This document shows, in pieces, positions 8,967 to 18,730 of a stretch of 64,000 nt of DNA. The stretch is from an uncultured Solirubrobacterales bacterium (GTDB lineage: Bacteria > Actinomycetota > Thermoleophilia > Solirubrobacterales > Solirubrobacteraceae). Below the pieces are notes generated by a model. It was not told the DNA's origin. It made no database searches and saw nothing but the letters and a program-made list of their open reading frames with translations. Made by a program: the position numbers and the translations under genes. Each line of letters begins with the position of its first letter. The first letter of the stretch is position 1. The DNA is taken from the NCBI GenBank assembly GCA_963834885.1, contig CAWIDF010000008.1, positions 217,371 to 281,370 of the forward strand, written 5' to 3'.

Positions 8967-10405
8967 GGACCGAGGCGTTCATCGACGGGCGGTTCGTCGC
9001 GGCCGCCGACGGGCGAACGTTCGAGGACGTGTCCCCGCGCGACGGAAGCGTCCTCGCCGCGGTGGCGCGTTGCTCGGGCGAGGACATTGACCGCGCGGTC
9101 CGCGCGGCGCGGCGATCGTTCGACGACGGCGGCTGGGCGCTGGCCGATCCCCGCGAGCGCAAGCGGGTGCTGCTGCGCCTGGCCGAGCTGATCGACGAGC
9201 ACGCTGAGGAGCTGGCGCAGCTGGAGTCCGCCGACGTCGGACACCCGATCAGCGACGCGCGTAATGTCGACGTCCCGGGCGCGCGCAATTGCTTCGCCTG
9301 GTACGCGGAGGCGATCGACAAGGTGTACGGAGAGATCGCCCCGACCGGCGCTGACGCGCTGGCGCTGATCGGGCGCGAGCCGCTCGGGGTGGTCGGCGCG
9401 GTGGTGCCGTGGAACTACCCGCTGATCATCACGGCCTGGAAGCTCGGGCCCGCGCTCGCCACCGGGAACTCGGTGGTGTTGAAACCGGCCGAGCAGTCTC
9501 CGCTGACCGCGCTCGCGCTGGCCGAGCTCGCGGCGGAGGCGGGGGTCCCGGACGGCGTGTTGAACGTGGTACCCGGGTACGGCGAGGAAGCGGGCGAGCC
9601 GCTCGGGCGCCACCCGCTGGTCGACAAGCTTGCGTTCACCGGGTCGGTGGAGATCGGGCGGCGGTTCCTCGTCTACGCCGGCGAGTCGAATGGCAAGGCG
9701 GTGTCGCTGGAGCTGGGCGGCAAGACCCCGCACGTCGTGCTGGCGGATGCCGGCGATCTGGACGCGGCCGTTCAGGCCATCGGCTGGGGGATCTTCTACA
9801 ACGCCGGTCAGACCTGTCACGCAGGATCCCGGGTGGTCGTGCAGCGCTCGCTGGTGGCGCCGGTGTCGGAGTTGCTGGTGGAGTTCGCAGGCGAGTTCAT
9901 CCCAGCCGACCCCGCCGACCCGGCCACAAAGCTGGGCGCGATGGTGAGCACTGAGCATCTCGCCGGCGTGCTCAGCCGGGTAGAGCGTGCCGTCGGGGAT
10001 GGAGCGCGACTGTTGGTCGGAGGGTCGCGGGTCGAGCCCGTCCAGGGTGGCGCGTACATGCAGCCCACGGTCATCGAGGCTCTCGATCCGGCCGATCCGA
10101 TCGTGCAGGAGGAGGTTTTCGGGCCGGTGGTGGCGATCCAGCCGGCCGACGACGTGGAGCACGCGGTCGCTCTCGCCAACGGCACCGGCTACGGGCTGGC
10201 GGCGGCGGTGTGGAGCTCGAACATCACGACCGCGCATCGGGTGGCGCGGCGGTTGCGGGCTGGGACGGTGTGGGTCAACACGTTCGACGTGTCCTCGCTG
10301 ACCACGCCGTTCGGCGGCGTCAAGGATTCGGGCCACGGGCGCGACCGGTCGCTCCACGCGCTCGACGGCTACACGCACCTCAAGACGACGTGGGTGGCGC
10401 TGTGA
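8963..10405 (+). CDS. NAD(P)-dependent aldehyde dehydrogenase (PuuC-like)
   Basis: VVPWNYP, FTGS, ELGGKTP, GQTC catalytic Cys, EEVFGPV; homology (FIDGRFV...TFEDVSP) extends upstream of ORF-track start to a CTG overlapping the previous TGA. Confidence 0.93.
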   Translation: MRTEAFIDGRFVAAADGRTFEDVSPRDGSVLAAVARCSGEDIDRAVRAARRSFDDGGWALADPRERKRVLLRLAELIDEHAEELAQLESADVGHPISDARNVDVPGARNCFAWYAEAIDKVYGEIAPTGADALALIGREPLGVVGAVVPWNYPLIITAWKLGPALATGNSVVLKPAEQSPLTALALAELAAEAGVPDGVLNVVPGYGEEAGEPLGRHPLVDKLAFTGSVEIGRRFLVYAGESNGKAVSLELGGKTPHVVLADAGDLDAAVQAIGWGIFYNAGQTCHAGSRVVVQRSLVAPVSELLVEFAGEFIPADPADPATKLGAMVSTEHLAGVLSRVERAVGDGARLLVGGSRVEPVQGGAYMQPTVIEALDPADPIVQEEVFGPVVAIQPADDVEHAVALANGTGYGLAAAVWSSNITTAHRVARRLRAGTVWVNTFDVSSLTTPFGGVKDSGHGRDRSLHALDGYTHLKTTWVAL

Positions 10406-11322
10406 CCGCGATCGAGCGGGTCGGGTTCATTGGCCTGGGCAACATGGGCGGGCCGATGTGCGGCCACCTAGCTCGGGCGGGGTTCTCCGTGACGGCGTTC
10501 GACTTGGATCCCGGTGCTTTGGAGCGGGCCGTCGATGCGGGTGCCCGCGCGGCCGGGAGTGCCGCGGAGTGCGCCCGGGACGCTCAGGTGCTGATCACGA
10601 TGCTGCCGGCGCCACCGCACGTCGAGTCGGTCTGGCTCGGCTCCGGAGACGGCGGCGCGATCGCCGCGCTCGAGCCGGGGGCCCTGGCGATCGACATGAG
10701 CACGAGCTCGACCGCGGTCGGGGCGCGCGTGGTCGACGCCGCGAGAGCGCGCGGGGTCGATGTGCTCGACGCTCCGGTCGCCGGGCAGTCGCTCGGCGCC
10801 CAGGCCGGGAGGCTCGCGATCTACGTGGGCGGTTCCGAGGAGGCGTTCGCCCGGGCGTTGCCGTTGTTCGAGGTGATGGGCGACCCGGCGCGGATCTTCC
10901 ATCTGGGCGGAAACGGCGCCGGGTACACGGTCAAGCTGCTCCTGAACCTGATGTGGTTCATCGAGTCGGTCGCGGTGGCCGAGGTGCTGACGGTTGGGGT
11001 GCGAGCAGGGGTGTCGCTGGATCGGTTGCATTCCGCCCTGGTCGGGTCGCCGGCCAACTCCGTGTTCCTCGAGCGGGACGTCCGAATGGTGCTCGACGAC
11101 GGTGACTACGACGAGGCGTTCCCGATGCGCCTGGTCACCAAGGACCTGGGCCTGGCCATCGACCTGGCCCGCGAGGTGGGCGTGCCGGTTGAGCTGAGCG
11201 CGCTCGTCGAGCAGATCCAGCGGCGCGCCCGCGCCGCGTACGGCGACGCCGCTGGGGAGATCAGCGCGGTCCGCCTGTATGAGGATGTGGCCGGCGTGTT
11301 ACTCCGGCTGCCCAAGACCTGA
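10402..11322 (+). CDS. Beta-hydroxyacid dehydrogenase (3-hydroxyisobutyrate/GarR family)
   Basis: GFIGLGNMG, DMST, DAPVAG, VKLLLN catalytic Lys, KDLGLA. Confidence 0.92.
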   Translation: MTAIERVGFIGLGNMGGPMCGHLARAGFSVTAFDLDPGALERAVDAGARAAGSAAECARDAQVLITMLPAPPHVESVWLGSGDGGAIAALEPGALAIDMSTSSTAVGARVVDAARARGVDVLDAPVAGQSLGAQAGRLAIYVGGSEEAFARALPLFEVMGDPARIFHLGGNGAGYTVKLLLNLMWFIESVAVAEVLTVGVRAGVSLDRLHSALVGSPANSVFLERDVRMVLDDGDYDEAFPMRLVTKDLGLAIDLAREVGVPVELSALVEQIQRRARAAYGDAAGEISAVRLYEDVAGVLLRLPKT

Positions 11323-11337
11323 GGCTGCCCTGAGGTC

Positions 11338-12318
11338 ATGGCGCGCGTAGCCCGGGCCGTCGCGGTTGATTTCGAGTGGGATGACGACTACGCGCTCGAG
11401 CGCGCCGCGCTCGCCCCGATCGGTGTCGAGCTGACGCCCGCGGGCGAACTGCGGGGGAGTGACGTCGCGGACGTGGTGGCGCTGCTCACGGCGGGTACCC
11501 GCGTGGACGGCGATGAGCTGGGGCGCTACCCGCGCCTGCGCGTGGTGTCCGAGTTCGGCACCGGCTATGACGGCATCGACGTCGATGCCGCCGCGCGGCT
11601 CGGGATCGCGGTGACCAACGTCGCCGGCTACTGCACCGAGGAGGTGGCCGATCACACACTGGCCCTCGCGCTCACGCTGGTGCGACGGATCGAGCCACTG
11701 TCCCGGCAGGCGCGCGCGGGGCGCTGGGCCACGGTCGACACGGGATCGATCGCTCGCAGCGCCGACTCGACGTGGGGGGTGGTCGGATTCGGGCGCATCG
11801 GCCGCGCGGTGGCGCGACGGGCGGTCGCGTTCGGATTCACCGTGTGCGCGTACGACGCTTACCTCGATCGCCGCGAGGTCTGCGATTACGGCGCCGAGCC
11901 GCTGGAGCTAGACGCTCTGCTCCGCCGGGCCGACGTGATCAGTGTCCACGCTGCACGCACCGGCCGCGACGATCGCATGCTCGACCGCCGGCGCATCTCG
12001 CTCCTGAAGCCCAGCGCGTATCTGGTCAACGTCGCGCGCGGGGCGTTCGCCGACGAGGACGCCCTGGCCGAGGCGCTCGACCAGGGTGCGCTGGCCGGGG
12101 CGGCGCTCGACGTCCTGGCCGACGAGCCGCCGGCGCCGGACAACCGGCTGCTCCATCACCCGCGGGTGCTGGTCACCCCGCACAGCGCGTGGTACTCGGA
12201 TCGGGCCGCGATCGAGCTTCGGACCCGGGGGGTCGGCGCCGTGGTCGACGTGCTGTCGGGACGCCGGCCGGCCGATCTGGTGCCCGAGCTCAGCGCTTGG
12301 GTGCCGGCGCGAAGCTGA
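11338..12318 (+). CDS. D-2-hydroxyacid dehydrogenase (CtBP/PGDH-like)
   Basis: GTGYDGID, EEVADHT, GFGRIG, NVARG, DVLADEP, PHSAWYS (R/E/H triad). Confidence 0.92.
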   Translation: MARVARAVAVDFEWDDDYALERAALAPIGVELTPAGELRGSDVADVVALLTAGTRVDGDELGRYPRLRVVSEFGTGYDGIDVDAAARLGIAVTNVAGYCTEEVADHTLALALTLVRRIEPLSRQARAGRWATVDTGSIARSADSTWGVVGFGRIGRAVARRAVAFGFTVCAYDAYLDRREVCDYGAEPLELDALLRRADVISVHAARTGRDDRMLDRRRISLLKPSAYLVNVARGAFADEDALAEALDQGALAGAALDVLADEPPAPDNRLLHHPRVLVTPHSAWYSDRAAIELRTRGVGAVVDVLSGRRPADLVPELSAWVPARS

Positions 12319-13891
12319 CCATCGCCGCGCTGGCGGCGGGCAGCTGAACCCTGTACTGCCCGTTGCTCGGCGGCACGCGGTCGGGCTGGAACGATCCGGT
12401 CAGGGTGCCGGTGGAGGTCTCGTCGCCGAAGCTCTGGCCGGCCAGCGTCACGCCATCCGTGGCGGCCGCGCTCGGCGCGGTGAGCGGCTCGACGATCGCG
12501 GTCTTGGTGGCGCCTCCCGGAGGTGCCAGATCCACGACCTTGTTGGCGCTCAGGCTGTCGTTGATCAGCACAACGTTGATCTGGCCGGTCGGCGTGAGCG
12601 TGGCGCGGACCCGGACGTCCGGATCGGCCGGGGAGTTCACGGCCAGCAGGCGTGAGCCGGGCGGGGCAGCCTCGGTGAACAGCAGGAGACCGTAGTACTC
12701 GGGCTTCACCTCGCCCAGCCAGTGGCCGCCCACCTGCTGGAAGGTGAACGGGTGGTAGTCGGCCTCCGGCAGCGTGTGGATGTTCACCCCGTCCACTCCG
12801 GACCGCGCCATCGCGAACAGCGTGTCGACCATCCACAGAGCCGAGGCGAAGGTGTCGCTGACGCCGGCCTGTCCCTTGCACGCCACCGAGTTCAGTTCGT
12901 CGACGCGGAACGTGGCGTGGTGCTGGTGCGCGAGGGCGATGTACTTGCCGGCGCCTTGCAACAGACCACGGGCGGAGGACGGGTCGAGCAGGTTCGGGAT
13001 GCTCGGGTAGTTCGGGTCCCCCGGCTGCGTGAAGCACTTGATCAGCGGATACCGGTGGTAGGTGACGATCTTGGTCTCCGGCTCGGCGACGAACAGCTTG
13101 TTGAGCCGAGTCAGCCACGCGTACGAGCCCGTGGCCGGCCCGGCGAACGGCGATCCGCTCAGGAGCTTGCTCAGCCTCGACATCTCGCTGGCGTAGGCCT
13201 TGAAGTGGTAGGCCCTCGGTCGCGGATACACCGCGGTGGTATTCGGGCTGAGGTAGTAGAACGGCGTGATCGGATAGAGCTCGGGCTCGTTGCCGATCTC
13301 GAACGCGTCGATCCGGCTGCGGCCGATGCCCGTCTGGAGCGCGCGCGCCTCGGTCGACACCTCGGCGGCGCTGTTCAGCTTGAGGTTCAGGTCGAGGATC
13401 ATGTGCGCGTCGGTGTCGACCGCCAGCGCACGCGTGGTGGCGAGCCAGCTGTGGTTGAGCGTGTACGTGATGCCCGGCGTGCACCTGATCGCCGGGGTCG
13501 GCCACCAGGTCTCATCGGCGCTGTTGCCGCCAATCCGCAGCACCGGAGACTGGTCGGGCGCCAAGTTGCGGATCAGCTGCACCAACACCGGATTGATCGC
13601 CCGCGGATTGGATCCGGTGTACTCCCGAACAGCCTGATACTCGAACGAGAACCCGACGAAGCCCGGGGCGATCGGACGGCCGACTGGGGTATGGCTGACG
13701 CGCACCGTCACCGGCGGGGAGGTCGTGGGGGGCGGAGTCGTCGGCGCGGGGGTCGGTGGCCCAGGGGCGGGCGGTGGGGGGGTCGTTGTCGAAGGGCAGC
13801 TCGGCGCCGCGCGAACCGAGCGCGCGGTGCCCGATAGGATCGTCGCGGCGGCAAGCGACGCCACGAGCAAGGCTGTCAACGTCCGGCGCAC
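12290..13891 (-). CDS. Secreted glycoside hydrolase family 79 (beta-glucuronidase/heparanase-like)
   Basis: Signal peptide, Pro/Thr linker, LRIGGNSAD, FEIGNEPE (acid/base), RVDELNS (nucleophile), VSDTFASALWMVD. Confidence 0.85.
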   Translation of the reverse strand: MRRTLTALLVASLAAATILSGTARSVRAAPSCPSTTTPPPPAPGPPTPAPTTPPPTTSPPVTVRVSHTPVGRPIAPGFVGFSFEYQAVREYTGSNPRAINPVLVQLIRNLAPDQSPVLRIGGNSADETWWPTPAIRCTPGITYTLNHSWLATTRALAVDTDAHMILDLNLKLNSAAEVSTEARALQTGIGRSRIDAFEIGNEPELYPITPFYYLSPNTTAVYPRPRAYHFKAYASEMSRLSKLLSGSPFAGPATGSYAWLTRLNKLFVAEPETKIVTYHRYPLIKCFTQPGDPNYPSIPNLLDPSSARGLLQGAGKYIALAHQHHATFRVDELNSVACKGQAGVSDTFASALWMVDTLFAMARSGVDGVNIHTLPEADYHPFTFQQVGGHWLGEVKPEYYGLLLFTEAAPPGSRLLAVNSPADPDVRVRATLTPTGQINVVLINDSLSANKVVDLAPPGGATKTAIVEPLTAPSAAATDGVTLAGQSFGDETSTGTLTGSFQPDRVPPSNGQYRVQLPAASAAMVSFAPAPKR

Positions 13892-13906
13892 CCAGGGCGG
13901 ACTATT

Positions 13907-15112
13907 TCAGAGAACGCCGACCCCGTGCGATGCGGCCTCGTCCCACACCGCGTGGAGGGTGGGGGGCTTGCGGAAGACGAGACCTTGGATCTTCGACGGA
14001 CGTTCCGGATCGAGTCTCAGGTTCGGCAGCCGGCGCAGCAGGGTCGCGAGCGCCGTGCGCGCCTCGAGCCGGGCGAGGTGGACGCCCACGCACACGTGCG
14101 GCCCCTGGGCGAAGGCGAGATGGCGGGGGCGGCGCGGCCGGTCCGGGTCGAACCGGTCAGGATCCGGGAAGATCGCGGGGTCGCGGTTGGCGGCGGTGAT
14201 CGAGACGCGAACGAGGTCGCCCTGGTCGATGTCGGCGCCGGCGATGTGCGCGTCGGCCGTGGCGTAGCGGTCGACGACCGCGGCGGCCGGCTCCAGCCGG
14301 AGCGACTCCTCGATCGCGGCGTCGAGCTGGGCCGGGTCGTGTTTGGCTCCGGCGAGGATTTGCGGGTGCTCGAGCAAGAGCAGGAGCGCGTTGGCGATCA
14401 TCCCCTCGGTCGTCTCGATGCCCCCGAACAGCAGCACGCCGGCGTTCGAGACGATCTGGTCGGCGCTGAGGTCCGCGTGCGCCGCGGCGGCGGCGAGCAG
14501 CGAGGCGTCGGGATCGGACTCGATGGCGGCGAGTAGGCGCTCGCGCAGGGAGGCGAAGGCGTCGCGGCCGCTCTGCGGCGTTTCGTGGCCGGCGGTGATC
14601 TCCGTCACCGCGGTCACGATCCCGTCGTACCAGGTCAGCATCGCGTCGACCTCGTTGTGGTCGATCCCGAGGGCTCGAGCCATGATGGCCGCGGCGAGCG
14701 GGCCGGCGAACGAGCGGCGCAGCTCGGCGGTGCCGGCGGGCGCGAAGGCGTCGATCAGGCGGTCGGCCTCGGTCGTTGCCGGCTGGGCGAAGCGTTCGCG
14801 GACCGCCGTCGGCCGGAACGGGCCGACGAACGGCGCGCGGTGGCGCGCGTGGGCGTCGCCGTCGAGGCTCAGCATGCTCGGGCCGACGATCTGGGCGGTG
14901 CTGAAACGCGGGTCGTCCACGGTGAAGGTTGTGGCGTCGCGCATCACGGCGAGCGCCAGATCGCGGCGGGTGACGAGCCACCCGTCCAACGCCGGCAGCC
15001 ACGAGACGGGCTCGCTCTCGCGCAGCCGGGCGTGGACCGGGTGAGGGTCCTGGTCGAGCTGCTCGAGGGTGACGCTCGCACCGAGCGGGAAGGCGTCGCT
15101 TGGGTGCGTCAC
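13907..15112 (-). CDS. Cytochrome P450
   Basis: GGIETT I-helix, EESLR, FAQGPHVCVG heme Cys; GTG start at 15112 overlaps hutI TGA. Confidence 0.93.
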   Translation of the reverse strand: MTHPSDAFPLGASVTLEQLDQDPHPVHARLRESEPVSWLPALDGWLVTRRDLALAVMRDATTFTVDDPRFSTAQIVGPSMLSLDGDAHARHRAPFVGPFRPTAVRERFAQPATTEADRLIDAFAPAGTAELRRSFAGPLAAAIMARALGIDHNEVDAMLTWYDGIVTAVTEITAGHETPQSGRDAFASLRERLLAAIESDPDASLLAAAAAHADLSADQIVSNAGVLLFGGIETTEGMIANALLLLLEHPQILAGAKHDPAQLDAAIEESLRLEPAAAVVDRYATADAHIAGADIDQGDLVRVSITAANRDPAIFPDPDRFDPDRPRRPRHLAFAQGPHVCVGVHLARLEARTALATLLRRLPNLRLDPERPSKIQGLVFRKPPTLHAVWDEAASHGVGVL

Positions 15113-16347
15113 CGACGTGTGATCCGCCACGCCGAGTCCGGGCGCACGTACACGGGATCGCCGGCGATGAACGTGGCGGCGACGGGGTTGTGGCCGAGGC
15201 GATAGGCGATGTGCTCGCTGGGCGAGTCGAGCAGCACGAGGTCGGCCCGCTTGCCCGGCTCGATCGAGCCCAGCTCGCTCGAGAGGTCGAGCACGTAGGC
15301 CGCGTTCAGCGTGACCGCGAGCAGCGCCTCGCGCGTGCTCAGCCCGTATCTGCGGACGGCCAGGCCGACGATCAGCGGCAGCGAGAAGATCGGCGAGGTG
15401 CCCGGGTTGGCGTCGGTGGCGAGCATGACGATCGCGCCGGCGTCGATCAGCGCGCGCGCCGGCGCGACCGCCTCGGCGCCCATGAACTCGGCCCCGGGGA
15501 GCAGCCCGGCGGCGGTGTCGGATGCGCCGAGGGGCGCGATGTCGTCGGGGTGGATGGCGCTCAGGTGGTCGAGCGAGCGGGCGTTGTGTTTGAGGGCGGT
15601 TGGGACCGAGCGCATGGTCGAGAACTGCTCGACGTGGGCGCGGAGGATCAGGTTGTTCGCCGTCGCCAGCTCGCCCATCCGGTCGAGCTGCTCGAGTCCG
15701 AACGCGATCGACTCGACGAAGATGTCGAGCGCGGTGGCGTACTCGGCGGCTTCCGGGATCATCGCCTCGACCTCGTCCATCCACGTGTCCGCGGTGTAGC
15801 CCGCCGGCACCACGTGGGCGAGGAGGGCCGTGCGGGTCGTGGTCTGCTCGACGGACCGGCTCAGCTCGGTGGCGAGCTTGAGCGACCGGAGCTCGCCGGT
15901 GCGCGAGAGGCCGTAGCCGGACTTGCACTCGAACGTGGTCGTGCCGTGCTCGAGCATCTCGCCGGCTAATTGGCGAGCCTGCTGGAGTATCGCGTCGTCG
16001 GGCGTGTCGCTCAGCGCGCGGGCCGAGGAGGCGATGCCCCCGCCGGCCTTGGCGATCTCCTCGTACGGCACGCCCGTGACCTTCATGTCGTACTCCTCGG
16101 CGCGCCAGCCGGCGAAGGGAAGGTGGGTGTGGCAGTCGACCAGGCCGGGGAGGAGCGCGCACCCGGTGGCGTCGATGTGGACGTCGGCGGTTCTCGAGGG
16201 CTCGAGGGCGGCGATCCGCCCGTCGTCGTCCACCGTGATCCCGCCAGGGTCGAGCCGTAGCTCGCCGGCGCGGTGGGTTCGCAGACACGGGAGGTTCGGC
16301 TCCGGTGGCGTGAGGACCTGGGCGGCGTTGTCGAAGGAGGTGGTCAC
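15109..16347 (-). CDS. hutI: Imidazolonepropionase
   Basis: PGLVDCHTH, GVPYEEIAKAGGGI, HGTTTFECKSGYGL, HVEQF, ATDANPGTSP. Confidence 0.93.
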   Translation of the reverse strand: MTTSFDNAAQVLTPPEPNLPCLRTHRAGELRLDPGGITVDDDGRIAALEPSRTADVHIDATGCALLPGLVDCHTHLPFAGWRAEEYDMKVTGVPYEEIAKAGGGIASSARALSDTPDDAILQQARQLAGEMLEHGTTTFECKSGYGLSRTGELRSLKLATELSRSVEQTTTRTALLAHVVPAGYTADTWMDEVEAMIPEAAEYATALDIFVESIAFGLEQLDRMGELATANNLILRAHVEQFSTMRSVPTALKHNARSLDHLSAIHPDDIAPLGASDTAAGLLPGAEFMGAEAVAPARALIDAGAIVMLATDANPGTSPIFSLPLIVGLAVRRYGLSTREALLAVTLNAAYVLDLSSELGSIEPGKRADLVLLDSPSEHIAYRLGHNPVAATFIAGDPVYVRPDSAWRITRR

Positions 16348-16393
16348 GCGCGGGCAGATGTGGGGGCCGCCGGCGCGCGTCCGGAGGGGATCG

Positions 16394-18031
16394 TCATTGG
16401 TCGCCCAGCATCGGGACGCGCAACCCGTGCTCGTGCGCCGCCGTCACCGCGGTGTCATAGCCGGCGTCCACGTGCCGCAGAACGCCGAGGCCCGGGTCGG
16501 CCTTCAACACCCGCTCGATCCGGCGGGCGGCCAGGTCCGTGCCGTCGGCGACGCACACCTGGCCGGCGTGGATCGACTTGCCCATGCCGACGCCGCCGCC
16601 GTGGTGGATCGAAACCCAGCTTGCCCCGCACGCGGTGTTGACCAAGGCGTTCAACAGCGGCCAATCGGCGATCGCGTCCGAGCCGTCGGCCATCGCTTCG
16701 GTCTCGCGCTGGGGGGAGGCGACCGAGCCGGCGTCGAGGTGGTCGCGTCCGATCACGATCGGGGCCTTGACCTCACCCGAGGCCACCATCTCGTTGAAGC
16801 GCAGCCCCGCCAAATGGCGCTCGCCGTAGCCGAGCCAGCAGATCCGCGCCGGCAGTCCCTGGAACTGGACGCGCTCGGCCGCGAGCTTGATCCAGCGCGC
16901 GATGTGCTCCTGGTCGCCGAACAGATCGAGGATCGCGCGGTCGGTGGCGTGGATGTCGGCCGGATCGCCCGACAGCGCCACCCAGCGGAACGGGCCCTTG
17001 CCCTCGCAGAACAGCGGCCGCACGTACGCCGGGACGAAGCCGGGATAGCTAAAAGCATCCTTGTCCCCATGCTCGTAGGCAAGGCCGCGCAGCGCGTTGC
17101 CGTAGTCGAACGCCTCGGCGCCGGCGGCGGCGAGCGAATGGATCGCCTCCACGTGCGTGACGGCGGATTCGCCGACGCGTCTGAGATATTCGTCAGCATT
17201 GGTCTGGCGCAGGGCGGCGGCTTGTTCGAGGGTCAGGCCGGCCGGGATGTAGCCGTTCAGCGGGTCGTGGGCCGAGGTCTGGTCGGTCACCACGTCGACT
17301 TCGACCCCGCGGCGCACGAGCTCGGGCAGGATCTCGGCCGCGTTGCCGGCGAGGCCGATTGACAGTGCCCGGCGCTCGCGGCGTGCGGCGTCGAGCCGCG
17401 CCAGCGCGTCGTCCAGATCCGCCGCGCGCTCGTCCAGGTACCGGCCGCGGATGCGACGCTCGATCCGCTGGAGGTCGACCTCGACGCACAGCGCGGTCCC
17501 GCCGTTCATGGTGATCGCGAGGGGCTGGGCGCCGCCCATCCCGCCCAGGCCGGCGGTCACCACGAGACGACTGGCCAAAGACCCGCCGAAGCGCTTACGC
17601 GCGATCGCCGCGAACGTCTCGTACGTCCCCTGCAGGATCCCCTGGCTCCCGATGTAGATCCAGGAGCCGGCGGTCATCTGGCCATACATGATCAGACCGG
17701 CGGCGTCGAGCTTGCGGAACTCGTCCCAGTTCGCCCAGTCGGGCACCAGGTTCGAGTTGGCCAGCAGTACCCGAGGCGCCTGCTCGAACGTCTGGAACAC
17801 CGCGACGGGCTTGCCGGACTGCACGAGCAGCGTCTCGTCGTCCTCGAGGCGCTGGAGCTCGCGGACGATCGCGTGATAGCTCGGCCAGTTGCGGGCCGCC
17901 TTGCCGATCCCGCCGTAGACGACGAGCTCGGAGGGGTTCTCAGCGACGTCGGGGTGCAGGTTGTTCTCGAGCATGCGCAGCGCCGCCTCCTGGTGCCAGC
18001 CCTTGCATCGCAGCCCGGAGACGCCGGTCAT
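16394..18031 (-). CDS. hutU: Urocanate hydratase
   Basis: [75 protein letters not shown]; ATG overlaps regulator stop. Confidence 0.97.
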   Translation of the reverse strand: MTGVSGLRCKGWHQEAALRMLENNLHPDVAENPSELVVYGGIGKAARNWPSYHAIVRELQRLEDDETLLVQSGKPVAVFQTFEQAPRVLLANSNLVPDWANWDEFRKLDAAGLIMYGQMTAGSWIYIGSQGILQGTYETFAAIARKRFGGSLASRLVVTAGLGGMGGAQPLAITMNGGTALCVEVDLQRIERRIRGRYLDERAADLDDALARLDAARRERRALSIGLAGNAAEILPELVRRGVEVDVVTDQTSAHDPLNGYIPAGLTLEQAAALRQTNADEYLRRVGESAVTHVEAIHSLAAAGAEAFDYGNALRGLAYEHGDKDAFSYPGFVPAYVRPLFCEGKGPFRWVALSGDPADIHATDRAILDLFGDQEHIARWIKLAAERVQFQGLPARICWLGYGERHLAGLRFNEMVASGEVKAPIVIGRDHLDAGSVASPQRETEAMADGSDAIADWPLLNALVNTACGASWVSIHHGGGVGMGKSIHAGQVCVADGTDLAARRIERVLKADPGLGVLRHVDAGYDTAVTAAHEHGLRVPMLGDQ

Positions 18032-18693
18032 GCCGCGGCCACTCCGACGTACCCGAGGTCGTGCGACAGCTCGCCGGCGTGGCGCGCCACCGCCCGCCCG
18101 CAGACCTCGACCTTTCGGGCCGTCGTGCGGTACACCGGGGCCAGCACGCTGAGCGCCGCTGCGATCTCGCCGACGGCGCCGTACACGGGGGCGGCGATCG
18201 AGATCACGTCGGGTTCGACCGCCCCGGCCCGGGCCGCGTAGCCGCCGGAACCGACCGCCCCGCGCAGCGCCCCGCCGAGTGCCGTCCCGCGCTGGGGGAT
18301 CGTCCGTCCCGCCCAGCCCACCGTCTGGACCAGCCCTGGGCCGGCGACCTGGCGGAGGTAAACGACCCGCCGGTCGTCCGCCGCCACCGCCAGATTGGCG
18401 GTCTCGCCGGTCTCGGCGGCCAGGGCGCTCAGGTGCCGGCCGGCCAGGTCGTACAGCGGATCCTGGCGCAGGGTCGCCGCGGCGAGCGCTCGGAGGCGGC
18501 CCCCGGCGTGGTAGTGCCCGTGCTCGTCGCGGCGCACGAGCTCCTGGGTGGCCAGCGTGGCCAGCAGCCGCGAGGCAGTGCTCGGCGAGAGATCCGCGGC
18601 GCGCGCCAACCGGCTGAGGTTGCCGCCCTCCTCGGCCACCGCGGTCAGCAGCCTCAGCGCTCGCTCCACGGTGCGGGTCCCGGCTTCCGCCAT
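18028..18693 (-). CDS. IclR-family regulator of the hut cluster (HutR-like)
   Basis: [12 protein letters not shown]-terminal HTH, TGETANL, IAAPV; leaderless-type TAGAGT 8 nt before ATG 18693. Confidence 0.88.
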   Translation of the reverse strand: MAEAGTRTVERALRLLTAVAEEGGNLSRLARAADLSPSTASRLLATLATQELVRRDEHGHYHAGGRLRALAAATLRQDPLYDLAGRHLSALAAETGETANLAVAADDRRVVYLRQVAGPGLVQTVGWAGRTIPQRGTALGGALRGAVGSGGYAARAGAVEPDVISIAAPVYGAVGEIAAALSVLAPVYRTTARKVEVCGRAVARHAGELSHDLGYVGVAAA

Positions 18694-18730
18694 CGGGTCG
18701 CACTCTACCGTAGAATGAAATGCCTTGTCA

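Noticed and set aside
13715-13800. G-rich repetitive stretch resembling a tandem repeat or G-quadruplex
   Set aside because: Explained by the Pro/Thr linker codons of the GH79 protein
13907-16288. 793-aa ORF suggesting a large P450 fusion
   Set aside because: The upstream half is an off-frame shadow of hutI; the P450 begins at GTG 15112
16394-18703. 769-aa HutU with long N-terminal extension
   Set aside because: Extension is a shadow of the IclR gene; real start ATG 18031
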